DNA of 39,858 nt, taken from NCBI GenBank assembly GCA_039815185.1, contig JBCBZT010000060.1, forward strand, positions 1 to 39,858, read 5' to 3'. Origin of the DNA: Cyanobacteria bacterium P01_A01_bin.123 (GTDB lineage Bacteria; Cyanobacteriota; Cyanobacteriia; Phormidesmidales; Phormidesmidaceae). Shown piece after piece: positions 30,790 through 39,623 of the stretch (its first letter is position 1; every line of letters begins with the position of its first letter). The position numbers and the translations under genes were made by a program. The notes under the pieces were generated by a model. The model was given only the letters and a program-made list of their open reading frames with translations. It did not search any database and was not told the origin of the DNA.

Positions 30790-30800
30790 GGACGGGGGTC

Positions 30801-31748
30801 TCAGAGGCTTGTATATTCACCTTTCGTGACGGTCGTTGGGTCAAATGGCGTTAGCCAGCTATTGACAACTGCTAAAAAGTTTTCCAGTACTTGAGATTGT
30901 GCGGTCTTTTTCCAAGCGATCGCTAGCTGTAGCGTCGGGGCTGTTTCTTTCAGCTCTCGATACACAACCCCTGGGCGACCGATACTTTGTAGCGATGTAG
31001 AGACAAAGGCAACGCCAAGACCTGCTGCTACCAAACCAATCATAGTGGGTTGGGGCGTGACTTCTTGAACCACTCTAGGACTAAACCCAGCTTGGGCACA
31101 CAACGTCAGGATCTGGCTGTAAAGATGGGGACCAACGGTTTGAGGAAATAGGATAAAGGACTCATGGGCTAAATCTGTGACGGAGACTTTGCGCTGATTG
31201 GTGAGGGCATGATCTTGCGGTAGGGCTAGGATCATCGGTTCACACAGCACTTTTTGCAGCTGTAATGGGCTGTCAATTGGGGGATGTAGGAACCCCACCT
31301 GAATTTCATCAGCAAGCAATGCCGCTTCTTGTTTATGGGTGCAGATCTCACGCAGGTTGAGGTCAACATCCGGATAGCGATCGCGGAAAATCCTAACAAT
31401 TTCTGGCAATACCGTGTATAGGGCAGGCCCAGTATAGCCAATTGAAAGCTTGCCCATCTTGCCCCGAGCGGCTTGCTGGACCGTTGCCACTGCTGCGTCA
31501 GCTTGTGCCAACAAGCTCACAGCATCCATCAAAAAAAACTGCCCTGGTTCAGTCAATTGCACCACGCGTTTTGTGCGATAAAGCAACTGCACCCCCAGCA
31601 AAGCCTCTAGCCGACGAATTTGGTCACTTAAGACGGGTTGGGTAATTCCTAAATGTTCGGCAGCTCGCCCAAAGTGCAACTCTTGGGCAACGGCAACAAA
31701 GTACCGCAGGTGTCGCAGTTCCATAGCCTGAGTGACCAGGTTACCCAT
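30801..31748 (-). CDS. LysR-family regulator (AlsR/HcaR/BenM-like), copy 1
   Basis: MELRHLRYFVAVAQELHFGRAAEHLGITQP, RTKRVVQLT, AGFSPRVVQE. Confidence 0.94.
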   Translation of the reverse strand: MGNLVTQAMELRHLRYFVAVAQELHFGRAAEHLGITQPVLSDQIRRLEALLGVQLLYRTKRVVQLTEPGQFFLMDAVSLLAQADAAVATVQQAARGKMGKLSIGYTGPALYTVLPEIVRIFRDRYPDVDLNLREICTHKQEAALLADEIQVGFLHPPIDSPLQLQKVLCEPMILALPQDHALTNQRKVSVTDLAHESFILFPQTVGPHLYSQILTLCAQAGFSPRVVQEVTPQPTMIGLVAAGLGVAFVSTSLQSIGRPGVVYRELKETAPTLQLAIAWKKTAQSQVLENFLAVVNSWLTPFDPTTVTKGEYTSL

Positions 31749-31749
31749 A

Positions 31750-31819
31750 TTAATAGCCTCAAACTATTAAAAAGCGTCTAAAAATCTATTGGACAAATTA
31801 TAGCTAGGCTTTTTATTGT
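31750..31819 (+). promoter_or_regulatory. LysR box and target promoter 1
   Basis: TTAATAG-N7-CTATTAA (T-N11-A), TTGGACA at 31789-31795, TATTGT at 31814-31819. Confidence 0.72.
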
Positions 31820-31843
31820 GGTTTTAGTCTTTCAACCCCAAAC

Positions 31844-33187
31844 ATGATATTCAAATCGTTTACCCGGCTTTTGATTGCCGGTTCCGTTCTGCTGCCAACC
31901 GCTGCTAGTTTGGCCCAAGATCGAGCTGCTCCGTTCGATTTCCAAGGTCGCTATCTCGTTTCCATCTCAGATGCGGATATGCTGTCATCTGCCTATGTCA
32001 ATGGTCAGTTGGGGCCACGGGAAGGCAATGACGCGCTGAGCGTGATTCCCCTAGGAGGACATGTTAGAGACCTGCAGGTCTATGAAGTCGAAGCCAGTAA
32101 CTCGGTTGCTGGCCCTCCAGTTGCCGTTGCAGTTACGCCAGATGGCCGCTATGCAATGGTGGTCGAAAGCTTTATGCCTCGTCCTGAGGGATCGGGGGAA
32201 AATCAGACGTTTGCGGATCTTCAACACGGCGATCGCTTCCAAGTATTTGACCTAGCAGATCCGACGGAGCCTACATTGGTTCAGGAAATTACGATTGCGA
32301 AAAGACCTGATGCAGTTAGCATCAATCGAGATGGATCTTGGATTGCAGTTACTTTCCACCCAGCTGGAGCAGGTACAGAAACCCCCCTAGCGCTGATCCC
32401 TTTTAGCAATGGTCGTCTCGGAGAACCTGTATACCCCACCATTCCAGACTTTCCTGCTGAGCAGAGGCTGATTCATGCGGAATGGCACCCAACCGAAGAT
32501 GTGCTGGCACTCGTTAATGAAACAGCTGCTGAAGTCTCCTTTGTTCAACTGATGATTCAAGGAAGCATCCCCACACTCCAGCCATGGGGTAACGTCGTGG
32601 GAATTGAAAAAGCCCCTTACATGGCCCGGTTTACCCCTGATGGACGACACCTAATTGTCAATAACCTTTTTTGGGGGCCAGATGTTGAGGGAACTTGGAG
32701 CGAGGCTCCCTTGGGCAGTGTCAACAGTATTCGGTTAGAGGCCGGGACCCAATTGGATGGCTCACCGCGTCATGCTTTGGTGTCACGGGCCATCACGGGT
32801 GTGAGTCCAGAAGGCATTGCCATCAGTCCCAATGGTCGGTTTGTGGTGACCACCAATCTTGAGCGTAGCTATTTACCCTACGACGACGACCGGATTACCT
32901 GGTTCTCATCTTTAAGCCTCATTACCCTCGACCCTGAGACCGGGCAACTCAACCATGTGGCCGACTATCCCTACGATGGCATCCTTCCGGAGGCTGCTGC
33001 TTTTGACGCCTCCAGTCGATATTTAGCTGTTGTGAACTATGACCATTTTGACGATCGAATTGAAGGCGGCTCGATTGATTTTTGGCGCCTTGCCACTGAC
33101 CCTCTTAATCCCCAGCCTATGCTGGTGCAAACCCGCTATTCTATCCCGGTAACTCGGGGTGCCCATTCGATGGTGCTGGTTCCATAG
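31844..33187 (+). CDS. Secreted beta-propeller protein (lactonase/YncE-like), paralog 1
   Basis: Signal peptide ending ASLA; blade repeats VAVTPDGRY, FTPDGRHL, PEGIAISPNGRF, PEAAAFD. Confidence 0.8.
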   Translation: MIFKSFTRLLIAGSVLLPTAASLAQDRAAPFDFQGRYLVSISDADMLSSAYVNGQLGPREGNDALSVIPLGGHVRDLQVYEVEASNSVAGPPVAVAVTPDGRYAMVVESFMPRPEGSGENQTFADLQHGDRFQVFDLADPTEPTLVQEITIAKRPDAVSINRDGSWIAVTFHPAGAGTETPLALIPFSNGRLGEPVYPTIPDFPAEQRLIHAEWHPTEDVLALVNETAAEVSFVQLMIQGSIPTLQPWGNVVGIEKAPYMARFTPDGRHLIVNNLFWGPDVEGTWSEAPLGSVNSIRLEAGTQLDGSPRHALVSRAITGVSPEGIAISPNGRFVVTTNLERSYLPYDDDRITWFSSLSLITLDPETGQLNHVADYPYDGILPEAAAFDASSRYLAVVNYDHFDDRIEGGSIDFWRLATDPLNPQPMLVQTRYSIPVTRGAHSMVLVP

Positions 33188-33191
33188 CTAG

Positions 33192-34109
33192 CTATGTCAT
33201 TCTATGGTTTATATTTTCCGGTACTTTTGAATGGGCAATTTGTTCAATGACTTGCAAAAATTCCTGAACTACTGGATTCATACTTTCTTTCCGCCAAGCA
33301 ACTGCCAGTTGAAGTTCTAGAAACTTATCGACGAGCGGGCAGTAAGCAACACCTGGGAACCCAGCTTTTTGAAGACTTTCAGGGATGAATGTCACACCTG
33401 TTCCGGCTGCAACCAGGCCAATTCGGGTTTGATGTTTACTGTCTTCGTAAACAATATTGGGTTCAAATCCAGCCTCTCTGCAAAGTGCTAGAAATTGATC
33501 ATAAAGAACAGGCCCTTCATAGCGGGGGTGCACGATAAATGGCTCAGTAGCAAAAGATTTGAGGGATAGCTGTTGTTGATCAGCTAGCCTGTGGGCATGG
33601 GGTAATGCTATCAATAATCTCTCACTCTGTAGCGGATACAGTTTCAAAAACGAGCTGTCTATTGGCGGATGTAGAAAGCCGACATCAATAGTTTCTCTTC
33701 TCAGTTCATTGACCTGATCCAGGGTACAAATTTCGCTCATAGCGAGTTCGACATTGGGATAGCGATCGCGAAAGTGCCTCAAAATTTCAGGTAAAACGGT
33801 ATGCATTGATGAGGGTGTAAATCCAATCCGTAAGGAGCCCACTTCCCCGCGAGCCACACGCTGTGCTACCTGAATCGCTGATTCCACTTGTTGTAGTACT
33901 TTACGAACTTCACCCAAGAAGGCGACCCCGGCTGCAGTCAGCTCGACTGTGCGTTTTGTCCGTCGCAGCAGCCTTACCCCTAGTTCTGCTTCTAATCTGT
34001 GAATCTGCCTACTTAAAGCAGGTTGGGTGATTTGTAAGCGGGCTGCAGCTCGACCAAAATGAAGCTCTTCTGCAACGGCTACAAAGTAATGAAAGGCTTG
34101 GAGTTTCAC
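33192..34109 (-). CDS. LysR-family regulator, copy 2
   Basis: YFVAVAEELHFGRAAARLQITQPALSRQI; shares EICT, GFLHPPID and GPxLYxQ with copy 1. Confidence 0.94.
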   Translation of the reverse strand: MKLQAFHYFVAVAEELHFGRAAARLQITQPALSRQIHRLEAELGVRLLRRTKRTVELTAAGVAFLGEVRKVLQQVESAIQVAQRVARGEVGSLRIGFTPSSMHTVLPEILRHFRDRYPNVELAMSEICTLDQVNELRRETIDVGFLHPPIDSSFLKLYPLQSERLLIALPHAHRLADQQQLSLKSFATEPFIVHPRYEGPVLYDQFLALCREAGFEPNIVYEDSKHQTRIGLVAAGTGVTFIPESLQKAGFPGVAYCPLVDKFLELQLAVAWRKESMNPVVQEFLQVIEQIAHSKVPENINHRMT

Positions 34110-34111
34110 AG

Positions 34112-34179
34112 TAATAACCTAATGTTATTAATCCTGCTCTAAAAAGCATTGGACAGTATTATTCTCGCCTGTCTATGTT
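34112..34179 (+). promoter_or_regulatory. LysR box and target promoter 2
   Basis: TAATAAC-N5-GTTATTA, TTGGACA at 34149-34155, TATGTT at 34174-34179. Confidence 0.72.
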
Positions 34180-34270
34180 GAAAAACGTAACCCTAATTTC
34201 TGTTGAGTTCCTAGATGGAGTAACAACTGATGACCCGCACAGGTTGCGCCACTACGCAGGAGAAAATGGT

Positions 34271-35185
34271 ATGAAACGCTTCATCGCGCTAATTTTAGGC
34301 GGCGTTTTGATAGCAAGTTTAATTGCGGTCGGTAGCTCTAGCGCCATTGTCTCTGCCGATGCAGGAGCTGAGCGTCAGATTGAGACCGATTTGCGATCGC
34401 TCTCGACTCGCTTCAACAGTTCAGAATCCCTCCAAGGCTGGCGAGAATTTCAAGTCGAGGGATGGGTGCCCAAGTGGGAACCACCCAGCATCGAAGGCAG
34501 CAGCCTGATTCTGAGACCTAAATCATCTGGCTGGTTCGAGGATAATACAGCCGGTCATCTCTACCGTGAAGTCACGGGAGACTTTATTGTCACAACTCGT
34601 GTCAGAGTAGAAGGCACCCAAAGCGCAACGCCTCAGCGATCGTTCTCACTAGCCGGACTGTTCATCCGCTCACCGCGAACGGTAACCGTTGCCAATTGGG
34701 AACCCAATCAAGAGAACTGGCTATTTTTCAGCACAGGCACCGCCTTCCCCGCTGGTCAATCTCAGTTTGAGATCAAATCGACCTACAACAGTCTGTCGAC
34801 CTTGAAAATTTTTGACGCCCCAGAAGGGTGGGTACGCCTGCGGATTGGTCGCTCTGGTGAGTTGTTCACACTGCTCTACCAAGTCGAGGGGTCAAATGAA
34901 TGGCAGATTCTTGACCAGTTTATTCGCCCCGACCTGCCCGAAACACTCAACGTCGGCTTGACGGCCTATGCCGATTGGGATTCGCTGGCTCCCGATTATC
35001 CCAATTACCAGCAATACAACGAGCAGGGCGCATCGACTCAAAATGCGGATCTAGTCGCTTATGTCGAGTCAATTGATTTTCGTCGACCTAGCACCTCACG
35101 GTTCCCACTCGCGACACTCGATCCAACCGTTTCGTTTGACCCCCAACTCTCTGAAACGCGAATGAGAGAACTGATGGGTAACTAA
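34271..35185 (+). CDS. Secreted ConA/lectin-like beta-sandwich protein (DUF1349-like)
   Basis: AGGAG RBS and signal peptide MKRFIALILGG; LYREVTGDFIVTTRV, LAGLFIR, LRIGRSG, LPETLNVGLTAY. Confidence 0.65.
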   Translation: MKRFIALILGGVLIASLIAVGSSSAIVSADAGAERQIETDLRSLSTRFNSSESLQGWREFQVEGWVPKWEPPSIEGSSLILRPKSSGWFEDNTAGHLYREVTGDFIVTTRVRVEGTQSATPQRSFSLAGLFIRSPRTVTVANWEPNQENWLFFSTGTAFPAGQSQFEIKSTYNSLSTLKIFDAPEGWVRLRIGRSGELFTLLYQVEGSNEWQILDQFIRPDLPETLNVGLTAYADWDSLAPDYPNYQQYNEQGASTQNADLVAYVESIDFRRPSTSRFPLATLDPTVSFDPQLSETRMRELMGN

Positions 35186-35215
35186 ATTTCGAATTAGTGT
35201 CTCTGGTTTTTTACA

Positions 35216-36559
35216 ATGCCCCATCTAAAAAGATTGGCTGCTGCTTTGGCAGGCTTAGCGACTGTTTTGGTACTTGTCTGCACTCAGCAAGCTCAAGCCC
35301 AACTCTCCCTAGATTTCCAAGGTCGATATATTGCTGCCATTTCTGATGCAGACATGCGCGCCTATGCCTATATTGATGGGCAATTGGGTGAGCCACGTGG
35401 AACCGATCAGCTTTCGCTAGTGACGTTACCACTATCTACAACACCAGTCCTCACCAGTTCGATTGAAGTCTCCAACTCCGTCATCAATCCCGTCTATAGC
35501 CTTGTGGCTTCCCAAGATGGAAACGTAATTTTCGTGGCTGAGACGAAAGAACAGCGCGAGCCCGAAGATCAGTTCATAGGCGATCTCGATTTGGGAACAA
35601 CTTTACGCGCTGTTGACGTGTCGAATCCAACCGCGCCGAGGGTGATTGCAGAAGTAGAAGTTGGCATTGATCCACAAGGGGTTTCCCTTGACGCTAGCGG
35701 TACGACCCTTGCTCTCGCGACTAAAGATCCAGAGACACCACTCACATTTGTGACGTTTAGCGACGGTGACTTTGATGAGCCAGTCCAATTGCCGATGCGA
35801 GGGTTTTCACCCATAGCAGAATTACCGGATGGTGGAATGCTGCCACACCATGTGGAATGGCATCCGACAGCGGATATCGTTGCTGTGAACGCGAATTTTC
35901 GGGGTCAGGTGCAGTTCTTTCGGATCATGCGAGATGCCAATGGCCGGGTGAGCGATGTGATGCCGTGGGGTAATCGCGTTGTGACTTCCAAGTGGCCAAT
36001 GTCAGGTAAGTTTTCTGCTGATGGTCGCTTTTATGTCACCAACGATTTGCAATGGGGGCCAGACGTTCGGGGATTCTATGTCAATGCTCCTCCCTCCCAA
36101 CTGACGGTAATTGAGTTGGCCCCACTCGATGCCGGAGTGGAAGATGCGCAGCACTTTGTCGTGGGCGGTGTGTCTCTGCCTAGACATGCTGAAAGCCTGG
36201 CGTTTTCTAACGAGGGCACCCTGATTGCCACCAACAATATTGGCCAAACCTGGCTTGCGCCAAATGAACCCGGCCATAGCCAGTCTTCCCTTTCCTTAGT
36301 GCAGTTCGATACTGCGACGGGGCAGATGAGCCATGTTGGCGACTGGACGTTTGATGGCATTTTGCCAGAGGGGATTGCCTTCGATGCCTCTGATCAATAT
36401 GTCGTGGCTGGCGTCTTTGAATACGACACACCCGAACCCCGCCGGGGTGCTCTGGAATTTTGGCGGGTGAACCGTAGTGAAGACCGCCTGAGTTTAGCAA
36501 GAACAGATTACAGGATTGAAACGGGGCCAGGTGCCCATTCGCTGATCGTCGTCAATTAG
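35216..36559 (+). CDS. Secreted beta-propeller protein, paralog 2
   Basis: Signal peptide ending AQA; same motifs and same length (447 aa) as paralog 1. Confidence 0.8.
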   Translation: MPHLKRLAAALAGLATVLVLVCTQQAQAQLSLDFQGRYIAAISDADMRAYAYIDGQLGEPRGTDQLSLVTLPLSTTPVLTSSIEVSNSVINPVYSLVASQDGNVIFVAETKEQREPEDQFIGDLDLGTTLRAVDVSNPTAPRVIAEVEVGIDPQGVSLDASGTTLALATKDPETPLTFVTFSDGDFDEPVQLPMRGFSPIAELPDGGMLPHHVEWHPTADIVAVNANFRGQVQFFRIMRDANGRVSDVMPWGNRVVTSKWPMSGKFSADGRFYVTNDLQWGPDVRGFYVNAPPSQLTVIELAPLDAGVEDAQHFVVGGVSLPRHAESLAFSNEGTLIATNNIGQTWLAPNEPGHSQSSLSLVQFDTATGQMSHVGDWTFDGILPEGIAFDASDQYVVAGVFEYDTPEPRRGALEFWRVNRSEDRLSLARTDYRIETGPGAHSLIVVN

Positions 36560-36656
36560 CGATGACATAGCAGTCTCCAGTCCGATTAGGATGCGACTGC
36601 AAACCACTTTGCTTGTGTGACAGGCATTCCAGCACATTGCGGGGAGTTGAAATCAG

Positions 36657-37307
36657 ATGACGTCTTCAAAATGGATTTCTGGGTTGGCGATCGCGTTGAT
36701 CTCAGCCGCGATCGCCCTCACCCATCTCACCGCTTCTAATGCCCTTACTGGGCTGTACTCATTCGGCTATGATCACTCATCCACAGCAGAAACGCGATCG
36801 GCATCAAACCCGAATTATGGCGAGACCACACCAACCAACGATGGCCCATTTGTGCAATTTCCTGCCAATTATCAACAGCAATTTTTCCACTATGTGACGG
36901 TGGACTGTTCCAATAGCGGCATCGTCAGGCAAATGTACGTGAATCGTGCCGCCCTCGATACCCTCAAAACCAGCAACACGATCCCCAGCAGCACAGTGAT
37001 CGTCATGGAAACCCACTCCGCCCGTCGCGGCAGTAATGGGCGCTTGACGCCGACTCGTTTGAACAATGTTTTCATTCGCGAAAAGCGCGATGAGTGGCAG
37101 GTGAATGCGGACAGTGGCGAGTGGCGATCGGCTTGGTATAGCCCCTCTGGATCATTAGTGTCTAATGGTCAAACCTCTTGTATTGGTTGCCATACGATGG
37201 TGCGCGAGCGCGATTACCTGTTTACCTTGCCTGCCCTAATGGCTGCGGCCCAAACAAAGCAGTTGCAATACCAAGAAACAGAGTTTGGCACCTCTGTTTG
37301 TCGTTAA
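36657..37307 (+). CDS. Cytochrome P460 / cytochrome c'-beta family monohaem protein
   Basis: Signal peptide; FPANY, RQMYVN, PSSTVIVME, late CIGCH followed by RDYLF. Confidence 0.8.
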   Translation: MTSSKWISGLAIALISAAIALTHLTASNALTGLYSFGYDHSSTAETRSASNPNYGETTPTNDGPFVQFPANYQQQFFHYVTVDCSNSGIVRQMYVNRAALDTLKTSNTIPSSTVIVMETHSARRGSNGRLTPTRLNNVFIREKRDEWQVNADSGEWRSAWYSPSGSLVSNGQTSCIGCHTMVRERDYLFTLPALMAAAQTKQLQYQETEFGTSVCR

Positions 37308-37771
37308 ACTCACTAATTAACATAACTTTTATGGGCGGTTAAAACAGCAGCCAAAAGAACAATATTCACCAATATAGATTGCGAGAAGCCTTGGTATTTA
37401 GAACCCAAGAAGTCTACCTTCAGATTTTGGGCGTGGTTTTATTCAGCAGCCACCATGTTTACTGAGCCAACAGCATCTTCCAACGCCAACATACTCAGAG
37501 GGCAAGCAGCCCTTCACACTAACATCATCATCAAGCGATCGCATTTCAAAAAGCTACATTGTGATAGAAGGTATATCCTGAATGGGTTTCATTCCTTAAC
37601 CCACCCCAAGATGACAAACAATTGCACTAAAAAGAGCTGAGCTGCTTTATTGTAACTTTAAGGATTGATGTTGTCACTGTATATATACTGAATGAAGAGA
37701 TGACAAGCCCTAACCTCTAAAAGCTTGTGTCGATTGAATTTCCGTGATCTCTTCAAACCTGTGATGCTCAT

Positions 37772-38824
37772 ATGTCTAATCCTAAGTTTGTAAAAATGTT
37801 ACCCGTAAATCAGTCAGCAATTGTTTTGCCATCAGTTGCATTACTATCATTACTGGTCATTGAACCTGCACATTCAGCAGCATTTTCACCAGGGAATTTA
37901 TTGGTTTCCGTCAATGAGTTCACTGGTTCAATTACGGCTCCAACATATGTAGCTGAGTTCACAACTTCAGGCATTCGAGAACAGATTTTGTTTGATGTCC
38001 CCGCTCCCGGAACTACACGTGTTCCAACTACAGAAACTGCTAGGGATTTAGTTGTAGACAGCTCTGGCAATATCCAACTATACAACGGCACTTTTGACCC
38101 ATATCTTTTAACCTACGACGTAGAAAAAGATAGCTTTACCCAGAGAACATTTGTTGGTTGGAGTACTGTGAATAATGGCAGCTATGGCGGCATTGCAACA
38201 CTTGGTGAGAAAGTTTTTTTAACTGATATGGAGACGTTTGGGGTGGGTGACCGCCCTCAGGGCATCATCAGTGTCGATACCGATACATTTGCTAGTAGCC
38301 GATTTGCAACAGAAATTGAGCCTAACGATCTAAACATTGGTTTAGATGGCACGTTATATGCTCTTGATGGAAGTGGGAGTCCGCGGAGTCAAGTTTATTT
38401 ATATGATCCAGTTCTGCAAACTCAAATCGCTACAGTCAACGTTTTACGCCGTGATCATAGAGCAGTGGCTGGGGCAGCTGATGGTACTTTCTTCACGGCA
38501 ACTTGGGGTGGAGAAATTATGCAGTTTGACCAGAACGGTAGCCTTCTTAACTTGTTAACGGTCCCGTTCGCATCATTTAACGATATTGATATTGCCCCTG
38601 ACGGACAAATAGCACTTGGAAATAGAGAAGGGGAAGTCATCCTCACTGATACAAGTCTCACCAGTTTTAGCCGATTCGATGTGTCAAGGAGTGGCTCTGG
38701 AACCACTTTTGTAACATGGTTTCCATCATCAGAGGCTGAAACTGTTCCAGAGCCTGGAAATATTGTAAGCTCTTTGTTTGTGTTGGGGCTTGGTATATGC
38801 CTGAAGCGTACCAAATTTTTCTAG
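37772..38824 (+). CDS. PEP-CTERM surface protein with propeller-like repeats
   Basis: Signal peptide (PAHSA); DLVVDSSG, DLNIGLDG, DIDIAPDG; C-terminal VPEP + TM + KRTK. Confidence 0.85.
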   Translation: MSNPKFVKMLPVNQSAIVLPSVALLSLLVIEPAHSAAFSPGNLLVSVNEFTGSITAPTYVAEFTTSGIREQILFDVPAPGTTRVPTTETARDLVVDSSGNIQLYNGTFDPYLLTYDVEKDSFTQRTFVGWSTVNNGSYGGIATLGEKVFLTDMETFGVGDRPQGIISVDTDTFASSRFATEIEPNDLNIGLDGTLYALDGSGSPRSQVYLYDPVLQTQIATVNVLRRDHRAVAGAADGTFFTATWGGEIMQFDQNGSLLNLLTVPFASFNDIDIAPDGQIALGNREGEVILTDTSLTSFSRFDVSRSGSGTTFVTWFPSSEAETVPEPGNIVSSLFVLGLGICLKRTKFF

Positions 38825-38847
38825 GGCGATCGCCCTAGAAAAATTTG
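38812..38847. repeat. 36-bp perfect palindrome centred on HIP1
   Basis: CAAATTTTTCTAGGGCGA|TCGCCCTAGAAAAATTTG. Confidence 0.9.
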
Positions 38848-38956
38848 TTCTGAAAATATTCCTTTTCATCCTGGGGGGTGTCGCCATGGCGACACCTGCC
38901 CATTGACATTGCATCTAGGGCTTGCTAGATTCGAGTCCTATGGAGATCAATATCGA

Positions 38957-39547
38957 TTGAAAACATTAATACTTATTGCCCCTAATTCTCTACTCTACAA
39001 GGCATTTTTAGAGGCTTTTGACCATTTACCTCGGGTTGAGGTCATCAATAATTACTTCGAGTGGCTAACCGAATTCGATTGTCTAGTTAGCCCTGCAAAC
39101 TTTTTTGGCATGATGGATGGGGGTATGGATGCAGCCATCACCAAATATTTCGGAGTTTCCTTAGAGAAAAGTGTTCAGAACCAAATTCTTGAAGAGTATC
39201 TGGGCGAGCAACCCATTGGTACATCCCTAATTGTCGAAACTCACCATCCAAAACACCCCTACTTGGCACACACACCAACAATGCGCGTTCCAATGGTGAT
39301 TAAAGGCACGGATATTCCATATACGGCGATGTGGGCAATGCTTTTAGCCGTTCGAAAACATAACCAGCAGTCTCCAAATGCAATCGAGAGTGTTGCTTGT
39401 CCTGGTCTGGGGACAGGTATTGGTCGCGTGCCCTATGCTGAAGCCGCTCGGCAGATGGCATTAGCCTATGACCATTTTCTCTATCCGCCTAAGTTTATTA
39501 ATTGCTTTGTTGCCGCATCACGGCAGCTGCAAATTTGGGAGGGTTAA
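38957..39547 (+). CDS. Macro-domain (ADP-ribose binding/processing) protein
   Basis: DCLVSPANFFGMMDGGMDAAI, HTPTMRVP, CPGLGTGIG; start set to TTG 38957 (GGAG RBS). Confidence 0.87.
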   Translation: MKTLILIAPNSLLYKAFLEAFDHLPRVEVINNYFEWLTEFDCLVSPANFFGMMDGGMDAAITKYFGVSLEKSVQNQILEEYLGEQPIGTSLIVETHHPKHPYLAHTPTMRVPMVIKGTDIPYTAMWAMLLAVRKHNQQSPNAIESVACPGLGTGIGRVPYAEAARQMALAYDHFLYPPKFINCFVAASRQLQIWEG

Positions 39548-39623
39548 CGCATGGCAATGGGTCGTGGCTAAGATGGGGGTGTGGAGTATTGGGTTTTAGG
39601 TCACAGGTATTGGGTGAACAGTA

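Noticed and set aside
34175..34270. Track N-terminal extension of the ConA-like protein
   Set aside because: Its ATG lies in the predicted -10; the SD and signal peptide start at 34271.
37455..37640. 61-aa ORF upstream of the PEP-CTERM gene
   Set aside because: No SD or recognisable motif.
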